The notes beneath the pieces are model-generated. The model did not search any database. It saw nothing but the letters and a program-made list of their open reading frames with translations, and was not told the DNA's origin. A stretch of 60,669 bases of DNA from Gemmatimonadales bacterium (GTDB taxonomy: Bacteria; Gemmatimonadota; Gemmatimonadetes; Gemmatimonadales; GWC2-71-9). The translations under genes were made by a program, and so were the position numbers. Shown one piece after another: positions 43,994 to 52,211 of this stretch. Where the stretch lies: assembly GCA_038209515.1 (NCBI GenBank), contig JBBQXQ010000005.1, positions 1 to 60,669 on the forward strand. Reading direction: 5' to 3'. The stretch's first letter is position 1. Every line of letters starts with the position of its first letter.

Positions 43994-45005
43994 GCGGTTC
44001 CTCCGAGCCGATGATCCTGGCCAGTGCTGCCGCCACGTCGCCTACCGACAGATCGCGCATACATCGGTGATGCCCGAGTGGACAGGTCGGTGGGCCGTGT
44101 TTCGAGCACGGGCGGCACGGCAGCTCCTCGTGCCCCAGCACGACGTCACCGCCGCGGCGTGGCCCAAAGCCGAACTCGGGCACCGTCGGTCCGAACAGCG
44201 CGACGACCGGGGTTCCCACCGCCGTCGCCAGATGAAGCGGCGCCGAGTCGTTGGTGATCAGAACCGCGGCGCGCCGAATGAGCGCTGCCGACCCACGAAG
44301 GCTCAGCGCGCCGGCGGCGCTCACGGCCCGCCCGCGAGCGGCCTGGACGATCGCATCGGCCAGCTGGGCGTCTTCCGCACCGCCCACGATGACCGCGGTC
44401 CGGTCGAGCCCCGCGGCCAGCTCGGCGTAATAGGGCCAGCGCTTGGTGGCCCAGACCGAGCCAGGAGCGATGGCCACGAAGTCGGGCCCGACCCCGTGCG
44501 AGGCGAGCCAGGCGTCGGCCGCCGCGAGATCGGTGGGCGCGAGCCCGATGCTCACCGGCGGGGCAACATCTCCCGGCCTCATACCGGCGAGCGCGAGAAG
44601 TCGCTCGACCTCATGGCCCTGCCGGGGACGGGCAACCCGGCTGGTGTAGGTGACAGCGGCGGCGCTGTCGGCGAAGCCGATTCGCTCCCTCGCACCGGAC
44701 CAGAGGGCGAGCAGCGCCGACCGGAGTGACTGATGCGGCAAGTACACCCGGTCATAACCCCTGGCACGCAACTCCATGCCGAGCCGCCGGAACGGTTTCC
44801 AGCCCCGGCCGAGGCCGTGCTTGTCGTAGCGCACCACATCGCCCACCGCCGGGTGATGGTCCAGCAGGCTTGCAGCCGCCGGTGTGGTCACCACGTCAAC
44901 CGGGCCGTGCCGGTCGGCGAGCACCGAAAGCAGCGGGGTACTGAGGATGACGTCGCCGAGGAAGGCGGTCTGGATTACCAGAGTGGACGGCTGCCCACCC
45001 ATCAT
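43971..45005 (-). CDS. Glycosyltransferase family 9 (LPS heptosyltransferase-like)
   Basis: VIQTAFLGDVILSTPLL and the C-terminal motif NDSAPLHLA.A.G.P.VALFGPT are present. The ATG overlaps the lepA stop by 1 nt (TGATG). Confidence 0.8.
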   Translation of the reverse strand: MMGGQPSTLVIQTAFLGDVILSTPLLSVLADRHGPVDVVTTPAAASLLDHHPAVGDVVRYDKHGLGRGWKPFRRLGMELRARGYDRVYLPHQSLRSALLALWSGARERIGFADSAAAVTYTSRVARPRQGHEVERLLALAGMRPGDVAPPVSIGLAPTDLAAADAWLASHGVGPDFVAIAPGSVWATKRWPYYAELAAGLDRTAVIVGGAEDAQLADAIVQAARGRAVSAAGALSLRGSAALIRRAAVLITNDSAPLHLATAVGTPVVALFGPTVPEFGFGPRRGGDVVLGHEELPCRPCSKHGPPTCPLGHHRCMRDLSVGDVAAALARIIGSEEPRAIRTWD

Positions 45006-46804
45006 CAATCCACCTGTAGGACGGCCAGAAACGCCTCCTGCGGGATCTCCACCGATCCGATCTGCTTCATGCGTTTCTTGCCCTCTTTCTGCTTCTCCAG
45101 AAGCTTGCGCTTCCGGGTGATGTCCCCGCCATAGCACTTGGCCAGCACGTCTTTTCGGAACGCCGAGATCGTCTCCCGGGCAATCACCTTGTTGCCGACT
45201 GCCGCCTGGATGGCCACCTGGTAGAGTTGGCGGGGGATCAGCTCCTTCAGCTTCTCCGCCACCTTGCGGCCATACTCCTGCGCCTTGTCGCGGTGGATGA
45301 TGACGCTGAATGCGTCGATCGGATCGCCATTGATGAGCATGTCGAGCTTGACCAGATCGGACTCGCGATAATCGGCTGCTTCATAGTCGAGCGAGGCATA
45401 GCCCCGGCTCAGGGACTTGAGCTTGTCGTAGAAATCCAGCACGATCTCGCCCAGCGGGAACTCGAAGTCGAACTCGACTCGCGTGGTGTCGAGGTAGTGC
45501 ATCCCATTGTATACCCCGCGCCGTTCCTGGCCCAGCTTCATGATGCCGCCGATGTAATCGGCCGGCGCCATAATGCGCGCCTTGACGTATGGCTCTTCGA
45601 TGCGATCGATCTCGGCCGGGTCCGGCAGTTTGCTGGGGTTCTCCAGCAGCAGCATCTCCCGATCGGTGCGGTAGACCTTGTACTCCACCGTGGGGACCGT
45701 GGTGATCAGGTCGAGGTTGAACTCTCGCTCCAGCCGCTCCTGCACGATTTCCATATGCAGCAGTCCCAGAAACCCGCAGCGGAACCCAAAGCCAAGAGCG
45801 GTGGAGGACTCCGGCTCGTAGTGCAGGCTGGCGTCGTTGAGCCGCAGCTTTTCCAGCGCGTCGCGGAGGTTCTCGTACTGGTCCGAATCGGTCGGGTAGA
45901 GACCGGCAAACACCATGGACTTGACATCGCGGTAGCCCGGCAGGAGCTCGCTCGCGCGGTTGGCCGCATCGAGAACGGTGTCGCCGACTCGGGCATCCCG
46001 GACGTCACGCAGGCTGGCCACCAGGTAGCCCACCTCACCGGCCACCAACGCGCCGGTGGGATGCTGTCCCAGCTGGAGGTAGCCGACCTCGTCCACGTGA
46101 TGCACGTCTTCCGGGTGCGCGCCGAAGCAGATCTCCATCCCCTCACGCACCGCGCCATCTACCACCCGGATACTGGGCACCGCGCCGCGATACCGGTCGT
46201 AGTACGAATCGAAAATCAGCGCGCGCAGCGGCGCATCATCCCGCCCCGCGGGCGGGGGCACCCGGGCCACGATCGCCTCCAGCAGCTCGGGGACACCGGT
46301 GCCTTCCTTGGCGGAGACCGAAAGAATCTCCTCCCGCTTGGCCCCGATCAGCTCCATGATCTCCTTGGCTCGGCCCTCCGGGTCGGCGCCAGGCAAATCG
46401 ATCTTGTTCAGTACTGGGATGATCTCGAGGCCGGCGTCCATCGCGAGAAAGAGGTTGCTCAGGGTCTGCGCCTGCACCCCCTGGGAAGCATCCACCACCA
46501 GAATTGCGCCCTCACACGCGGCAAGTGAGCGGGAGACCTCGTAGGTGAAGTCCACGTGACCCGGTGTGTCGATCAGGTTCAGCTCGTATGGGGTGCCATC
46601 GCGGGCCGTGTAGTTCATCCGGACCGCGTTCAATTTGATGGTGATTCCCCGTTCCCGCTCGAGATCCATGGTATCGAGCAGCTGGTCGCGCATCTGACGC
46701 TTCTCGACGGCGCCGGTGGCCTCGATGAGCCGGTCGGCGAGCGTGGATTTGCCATGGTCGATGTGGGCGACGATGCAGAAATTGCGAATGTGGGACTGGG
46801 GCAT
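45005..46804 (-). CDS. lepA: Translation elongation factor 4
   Basis: [33 protein letters not shown] and the LepA C-terminal domain are present. The length is 599 aa. Confidence 0.96.
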   Translation of the reverse strand: MPQSHIRNFCIVAHIDHGKSTLADRLIEATGAVEKRQMRDQLLDTMDLERERGITIKLNAVRMNYTARDGTPYELNLIDTPGHVDFTYEVSRSLAACEGAILVVDASQGVQAQTLSNLFLAMDAGLEIIPVLNKIDLPGADPEGRAKEIMELIGAKREEILSVSAKEGTGVPELLEAIVARVPPPAGRDDAPLRALIFDSYYDRYRGAVPSIRVVDGAVREGMEICFGAHPEDVHHVDEVGYLQLGQHPTGALVAGEVGYLVASLRDVRDARVGDTVLDAANRASELLPGYRDVKSMVFAGLYPTDSDQYENLRDALEKLRLNDASLHYEPESSTALGFGFRCGFLGLLHMEIVQERLEREFNLDLITTVPTVEYKVYRTDREMLLLENPSKLPDPAEIDRIEEPYVKARIMAPADYIGGIMKLGQERRGVYNGMHYLDTTRVEFDFEFPLGEIVLDFYDKLKSLSRGYASLDYEAADYRESDLVKLDMLINGDPIDAFSVIIHRDKAQEYGRKVAEKLKELIPRQLYQVAIQAAVGNKVIARETISAFRKDVLAKCYGGDITRKRKLLEKQKEGKKRMKQIGSVEIPQEAFLAVLQVD

Positions 46805-46816
46805 GGGGGAATATAA

Positions 46817-46958
46817 GGCGGTCGGGCGGACGGGCGGTCAGCCGGTCAGATTGTGTTATTCGGAGTTGGGTCAGGCGGTATTATGTTCGGCGGTGCCCCA
46901 CACAACGACTGTCCGGTCGTGGGAGCGACCGACCGCCCGTCCGCCTGTCCGCCTGACC
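46817..46958. repeat. Cluster of GGCGG(A/T)C(R)G-type octamer repeats in both orientations
   Basis: ggcggtcgggcggacgggcggtcagccggtcag occupies 46817-46849, ggtcaggcgg occupies 46869-46878, and cgaccgaccgcccgtccgcctgtccgcctgacc occupies 46926-46958. A 14-nt exact complementary core pairs 46826-46839 with 46930-46943. Confidence 0.88.
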
Positions 46959-46973
46959 ACTCAGGACGCAGGC

Positions 46974-47822
46974 ATGCTCCTCGTGTGCTTGATCTGGGGC
47001 CTCAACTTCAGCGTCACCAAGATCGCGCTCGATCAGATTCCGCCGCTCCCCTTCACCGCGATCCGTTTCGCCGCCGCCAGCGTGCTGCTCTGGTTCGTGC
47101 TCCGGCTGGCCGAAGGACCCGCCCAGATTCCTTCCGGTGGGCTGAAGAAGCTGGTGATCCTGGGCCTGGTGGGGAGTACCTGCTATCAGCTCGCATTCAC
47201 CGTCGGTCTCTCGCAGACCACGGCAACGAACAGCGCGCTGATTCTCTCCACCGTGCCGACTGTCGTCGCACTGTTCGCCGGTGCGCTCGGACTGGAGCGA
47301 ATCACTTCCAAAATGTGGTTCGGGATCGCGCTGGGTACGCTCGGCGTCGTCCTGGTCATCGCCACGCGCGGAGTGGGGTTTGACGTGAAGACCTTGCCCG
47401 GAGACCTCTTGACCGTTTTGGCGGTACTCTGCTGGGCCGGGTATACCGTCGGCCTTCGCCGGGTGCCTTCCGGCATCAGCCCGCTCCGAGTCACGACCAT
47501 CACCACGATGGCCGGGACGCCGGTTCTGGTTCTCGCCGGGATCCCCGGCATGCTCCGTTTGAGCTGGAGGACGATCACGTCGGAGGCTTGGCTGGCGTTG
47601 GGCTACGCCGCCGTGCTCTCATTGGTCGTGGCGTATCTGCTGTGGAATCGAAGCGTCAAGGCGGTCGGTGGCACTCGCACGGCCATCTACATGTGCATCA
47701 CTCCGCTCTTCGCAGTGACTGGAGCCTGGCTGCTGTTGGGAGAACGGCCTCATCCTCTTCAGGGTGTGGGCGCGATCCTCATCGTCGCTGGAGTATTGCT
47801 GACGCGGGCGGATAAGGCGTAG
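46974..47822 (+). CDS. EamA/DMT family transporter
   Basis: IWGLNFSVTKIAL..IPPLPFTAIRF is present, with ten TM segments. I chose the ATG at 46974 because the ORF-track extension reads through the repeat cluster. Confidence 0.8.
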   Translation: MLLVCLIWGLNFSVTKIALDQIPPLPFTAIRFAAASVLLWFVLRLAEGPAQIPSGGLKKLVILGLVGSTCYQLAFTVGLSQTTATNSALILSTVPTVVALFAGALGLERITSKMWFGIALGTLGVVLVIATRGVGFDVKTLPGDLLTVLAVLCWAGYTVGLRRVPSGISPLRVTTITTMAGTPVLVLAGIPGMLRLSWRTITSEAWLALGYAAVLSLVVAYLLWNRSVKAVGGTRTAIYMCITPLFAVTGAWLLLGERPHPLQGVGAILIVAGVLLTRADKA

Positions 47823-47823
47823 G

Positions 47824-47854
47824 CCTTCCCCGTCCTCTCCGTCTTCTCCGTCGC
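47824..47854 (+). repeat. Pyrimidine-strand nonamer micro-array (complement of the GACGGAGAA type)
   Basis: ccttccccgtc ctctccgtc ttctccgtc gc fills the 33-nt gap between the convergent stops at 47822 and 47856. Confidence 0.85.
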
Positions 47855-47855
47855 T

Positions 47856-49355
47856 CTACTCCTCAACGATCTCCTTATACGACTCCGGCTCCCACCGGGG
47901 CCGACTGGGCGCATTCCCCACTTCCCGCCCGAGATGGAACAGCAGGCGGAGGATTCTCGCCTCCTTGTCGCTGTTGATCTTATCGGGCGAGTCGGTGACC
48001 TCGTGGTAGTCCTCATGCACCCCGTTGAAGAAGAACAGAATAGGGACGCCTTTTCGGGCGAAGTTGTAATGATCCGATCGGAAGTAGAAGTGCTCCGCCG
48101 GCCATCGGTCGTCGATAGCCGTCATGCCGAGCTCTCGGTGCGCGGCATTGACCCGGTTGAGGGTCGCACCGAGGTCGGAGTGCTCCTTGCCTATCGCCAC
48201 GATGGTATCGGGCCAGTTGCGCCCGATCATGTCCATGTTGATGTCGGCCACGATCTGGCCAATAGGAACAGGAGGGTGATCGGTGAAGTACTTGCTTCCC
48301 CAGAGTCCCTTTTCTTCACCACTCACGGTGAGGAATATGATCGAGCGCTTGGGCCGTGCCCCCGGCCGGCTGAACGCCTCGGCCAGCTCGATGACGCCCA
48401 CCGTGCCGGAGGCATCGTCGTCCGCACCGTTGTTGATGCTATCCGGTTGTCCCGGGCTGATGCCGATATGGTCCATGTGGGCCGAGTAGACCAGGTACTC
48501 ATCCTTGAGCCTGGGGTCGCTACCCTCGAGGATGCCGACGGTGTTCGGGGCACTGAGTGACGATGTGACGGTGTCCTTCATCTCGATGTCCACCTTGAGG
48601 CCCGGCAGTTCGCGTGCAATCGGCTCCCGGGCTGCACGGACGGCAGACAGGTCCGCCCCAGCCGCAGATAACGAGGTCGCGACAGCTCCCACGCGGACCT
48701 GGAGCGCCACCGGGCGGTCACTGACCGTCCCGACCACGGTTCGCTCAGGTGCCTGTCTCGGGATCGCTGTGGCAAACCTGGCCGAATCAGTGTCGCTCAG
48801 GGTCAGGAGCGCCTTGGGCCCGGCGAGGTAGAGAACCCGGAGCACCCGCTGTGCCGCCGCCGCGTCGACGCCAGCCTGCGGCACATACAGCACAATCTTG
48901 CCCCGCACCCCGAGCCGGTCGGCGGTCTCGGTCGTCTGTGGCCCCCCAACCAGGAGCGCCGTACCGTTCACCGGCTTCTCCGGCACGGGCCCACCGTCGT
49001 ACCGCGCGGAAGAAGTGAACGCCGCGAGATCCTTCTGGCTCCCCGCCACGAAAACCACTCGGGACTGGCCCAGATCGAGCCGGTGCCGGGCGATCGGGTA
49101 GCGCTGGAGCCATCCCCGGTCCCCTCCCGGCTTGAGACCAAACTTCTGGAACTGGTCGGCCACGTACCCAGCAGTCAGCTCCAGCCCGCGGCTCGGAGTA
49201 TCCCGGCCCATCATCGAGTCCGCGGCGATGATGCCGATCCGGTGAGCGACGTCGGTCCCTGTGATGCTGGCCGCCGCACGAGAGAGGGCCGGCGCCGTTT
49301 GGGCGGAAAGCGGTGCGACAGTGAGTGTCAGGCCCAGCAGGGTCAGGCGCTGCAT
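47856..49355 (-). CDS. M28-family aminopeptidase with PA domain, secreted
   Basis: A signal peptide is present, with the HMDH and GADDDASGTVGVIELA metal-ligand motifs and FLTVSGEEKGLWGS. Confidence 0.85.
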   Translation of the reverse strand: MQRLTLLGLTLTVAPLSAQTAPALSRAAASITGTDVAHRIGIIAADSMMGRDTPSRGLELTAGYVADQFQKFGLKPGGDRGWLQRYPIARHRLDLGQSRVVFVAGSQKDLAAFTSSARYDGGPVPEKPVNGTALLVGGPQTTETADRLGVRGKIVLYVPQAGVDAAAAQRVLRVLYLAGPKALLTLSDTDSARFATAIPRQAPERTVVGTVSDRPVALQVRVGAVATSLSAAGADLSAVRAAREPIARELPGLKVDIEMKDTVTSSLSAPNTVGILEGSDPRLKDEYLVYSAHMDHIGISPGQPDSINNGADDDASGTVGVIELAEAFSRPGARPKRSIIFLTVSGEEKGLWGSKYFTDHPPVPIGQIVADINMDMIGRNWPDTIVAIGKEHSDLGATLNRVNAAHRELGMTAIDDRWPAEHFYFRSDHYNFARKGVPILFFFNGVHEDYHEVTDSPDKINSDKEARILRLLFHLGREVGNAPSRPRWEPESYKEIVEE

Positions 49356-49506
49356 TCGAGGTCCTGTAAGGAGTCGGTTAAGCTACGAATCGCCCCGGCC
49401 GGCGGTTTCACCTGCTCTCGGTTTCCGCCGCCGCAGCTTGGGTTTGCCTGTGCCCCGAGGATCATGTTTGACTTCTCCGGTCGCGAGCGGATACGTTGCG
49501 CCTCCC

Positions 49507-50433
49507 ATGTACCGTTCCGACCCTTCCCCTGGCCGTGCCCGCCTGGACCTGCTCGATCCCCTGGAGGTGTCGAAGCTCGGTGGCCTCGAGATCATCACGC
49601 AAGGGGTGGTCGAGGGGTTCCTCAGCGGGTTGCATCGGTCGCCCCGGCGAGGGTTCTCCGTAGAGTTCGCCGAACACCGGATGTACCAGCCGGGCGACGA
49701 GCTCCGATATGTGGATTGGAAGATCCTCGGGCGGAACGACCGCCTCTACGTGAAGCAGTTCGAGGAGGAGACCAATCTTCGCGCCGTGGTAGTGTGCGAC
49801 ACCAGCCGCTCGATGGCGTGGACCGGCTCACCCGAAACGGTCCTGCCCAAGCTGGCCTACGCCCAGCGGCTCATCGCGGCGTTGAGTCTGGTCTTGATCC
49901 GGCAGCGGGACGCCACCGGCTTGATCACCTTCGATGATGACGTCCGCACGGTCACTCCCCCCCGTGCGCGCCTGAGTCACTGGCGCCAGCTGATCGAGGT
50001 GCTGGCGAGCCTGGAGGCCGGTCAGGGCACCGCGGCGGAGCCGGCTCTCAGGAGAGTCATCGGACAGCTGCGGCGGAGAGGACTGGTGGTGTTCGTCTCC
50101 GACTTGCTGCTGGATGGTGTCCTGGCGCTCAAGGCCCTGAGATTTCTGCGGCACCGCGGCCATCAGGTGCTCGTCCTCCATATTATGGATCCGGGCGAGG
50201 TCGTCCTGGGCGGACCTAGCGAGGCGCGGTTCGAGGATCCGGAGACCCGCGCGGCGGTGGTCCTCAGGCCTCGCGATTGGGCGGGAGCGTACCGGGATAC
50301 CGTTCAGACGGTAGTGAGCGAGTGGCGCCTCGCGTGCCGGCGCCACGGAATCGCCTATCACCGCGTCACCACCGACACACCGTTCGGTGTCGTACTCCGC
50401 GAAGCTCTGACGCCACCCTCACGCCCGGCATGA
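49507..50433 (+). CDS. DUF58 protein (MoxR-associated, VWA-like)
   Basis: GLHRSPRRGFSVEFAEHRMYQPGDELRYVDWK...RLYVKQFEEE is the DUF58 signature. Confidence 0.85.
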   Translation: MYRSDPSPGRARLDLLDPLEVSKLGGLEIITQGVVEGFLSGLHRSPRRGFSVEFAEHRMYQPGDELRYVDWKILGRNDRLYVKQFEEETNLRAVVVCDTSRSMAWTGSPETVLPKLAYAQRLIAALSLVLIRQRDATGLITFDDDVRTVTPPRARLSHWRQLIEVLASLEAGQGTAAEPALRRVIGQLRRRGLVVFVSDLLLDGVLALKALRFLRHRGHQVLVLHIMDPGEVVLGGPSEARFEDPETRAAVVLRPRDWAGAYRDTVQTVVSEWRLACRRHGIAYHRVTTDTPFGVVLREALTPPSRPA

Positions 50434-52211
50434 TTGGATTTCTTCACCCCTGGGTGTTGGCTGGCCTGGCCGCTGCCGCAATCCCAATCCTCCTCCACCT
50501 GCTGGCCCGGCGTGAGCCCCCGACCGTCGTTTTTCCCGCCGTGCGCTACCTCGTCACCACGACACGGGAGCACCAGCGCCGCCTCAAGCTTCAGAACTGG
50601 TTGCTCCTCCTGCTCAGAACGTTGCTGATCGCCACGGTGGTGCTCGCGGCTGCCGGTCCCACGATGCCTCTCACCGGGGTACCGGGACATGCGCCGAGCG
50701 CTCTGGTCCTCATCGTGGACAACTCACCCAGCAGTGGGGCCGTGGTGGGAGGCGCCCCGCAGCTTCGGCAGCTCGTGGCCACCGCTCGACAGGTGCTCGA
50801 CCGGGCGACGCCGGAGGACGCGCTCTGGCTGGTGACGGCTGATGGCATCCCGCGGCGCGGCGATCGGGTTACTCTGGTCGACTTGGTCGGTCAACTCACC
50901 GTCTCCCCCAGGCGCCTGGACCTCGGTGTGGCGGTGACGCTCGCGGGGGAGGTCCTTGCGTCGGAGTCCCGGCCAGGTGAGATCGTGCTGCTCACCGATC
51001 TTCAGGCGAGCGCGCTTTCGCCCGCAGAGCGCTCGGTACCGCTGCTGGTGGGGCGACCCGCGGCGGTGCCCCCGGCCAACGTGGGGATCGGGGGCGTCGA
51101 GACCGGTTCGCAGCCGTGGACTTCCGATGGTGGTCGTATCACCGTCTCACTGGTTGGCGACTCGGGTGCTACGGTGCCGGTCAGTGCGCGTTTGGGGAAC
51201 CGTCCTCCGCGCCAGGTCCTCGGGCGAGCCGGTGCCGCGACGACTGTCAGCCTGCCGGCGACGCCAAGTGGATGGTGGACCCTCACCGCAGAGCTCGATC
51301 CTGACGAGTTCCGTCTGGACGACCGCCGGGTTGCCGCCGTGCGGGTGGCTCCCCTGGCGCGGGTCGGCTGGGACTCGGCGAGCCGTTATCTCGCCGCAGC
51401 GTCGGAGGTACTCGCCGCCAATCACCGAATCCAGCGGGGCCAGGAAGTCTCCTTGGGCCGCCTCGGCCGGGGAACGTCAGTCGTGCAGCCACCGGATGAT
51501 CCTGCGGGACTGGGCGCGCTGAACCGGGCCCTGGCGGCGCGCGGTGTTGGATGGAGCTACGGCAACCCCGCCACCGGATCGGGGTATAGCGACAGCGGCA
51601 CCGTGGTGGGCCGCCACCGGGTCATCCGGCGCTACGTGCTTCAATCCGGTGGGAGTCGCACCGGGGTACTGGCCACAGTCAACGGAGCACCCTGGATTGT
51701 CCGCGGCGGCAACGTGGTCCTGCTCGGCAGCCGGCTCGACCCAGCGTGGACCGATCTGCCGGTGTCGGCCGGCTTCATGCCGTTCATGGACGTGCTGCTC
51801 AACCGGCTGGCTCGCGGCGAGATCGCGCTGGATCACGGCGCGCCGGGCGACCCAATCGCCCTCCCCGATCTGGTGACCGAGGTGCGGCAGGGCGATCGGC
51901 AATGGAGAGTAGAAGGTGGCGGACTCTTCCGCCCCACCGACCCGGGCGTGTTCTACCTGGTGGCGGGTCGAGATACCGTTGGGGCCATCAGCGTGAATCC
52001 GGATGCCCGGGAGTCGCGGCTCGCTCGCGCCTCCGACGGCCAGGCACGGCAGCTCTGGAAAGGCGCGCGGGTGGTGCCGCTGGCCCAAGCGAGTGAGGTG
52101 GCATTCTCCTCGTCTTCCCGGGGTGACCTGCGGGGTCCACTGCTCTGGACGGCGCTGGCGGTCGGCATGATCGAAGTGGGTCTCGCGAGCGCCTGGAGGC
52201 GCCGGCAGTGA
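50430..52211 (+). CDS. BatA-N-terminal-domain / VWA-like membrane protein
   Basis: MIGFLHPWVLAGLAAAAIPILLHLL is the aerotolerance-regulator N-terminal motif. A MIDAS-like IVDNSPS and a C-terminal TM segment are present. ATGA overlaps DUF58 upstream and GTGA overlaps mfd downstream. Confidence 0.7.
   Translation: MIGFLHPWVLAGLAAAAIPILLHLLARREPPTVVFPAVRYLVTTTREHQRRLKLQNWLLLLLRTLLIATVVLAAAGPTMPLTGVPGHAPSALVLIVDNSPSSGAVVGGAPQLRQLVATARQVLDRATPEDALWLVTADGIPRRGDRVTLVDLVGQLTVSPRRLDLGVAVTLAGEVLASESRPGEIVLLTDLQASALSPAERSVPLLVGRPAAVPPANVGIGGVETGSQPWTSDGGRITVSLVGDSGATVPVSARLGNRPPRQVLGRAGAATTVSLPATPSGWWTLTAELDPDEFRLDDRRVAAVRVAPLARVGWDSASRYLAAASEVLAANHRIQRGQEVSLGRLGRGTSVVQPPDDPAGLGALNRALAARGVGWSYGNPATGSGYSDSGTVVGRHRVIRRYVLQSGGSRTGVLATVNGAPWIVRGGNVVLLGSRLDPAWTDLPVSAGFMPFMDVLLNRLARGEIALDHGAPGDPIALPDLVTEVRQGDRQWRVEGGGLFRPTDPGVFYLVAGRDTVGAISVNPDARESRLARASDGQARQLWKGARVVPLAQASEVAFSSSSRGDLRGPLLWTALAVGMIEVGLASAWRRRQ

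Noticed and set aside
46716-46973. The ORF track extends the EamA transporter ORF upstream. Analogous extensions occur at 45006-45137 (GT9), 34701-34967 (OMP), 9745-9921 (lipoprotein), 17737-17901, 1888-2139 (moaC) and 12137-12415 (DUF1499).
   Set aside because: These extensions overlap neighbouring genes or repeat clusters and have junk-like composition. In each case an internal start yields a proper signal peptide or a family-typical N-terminus.
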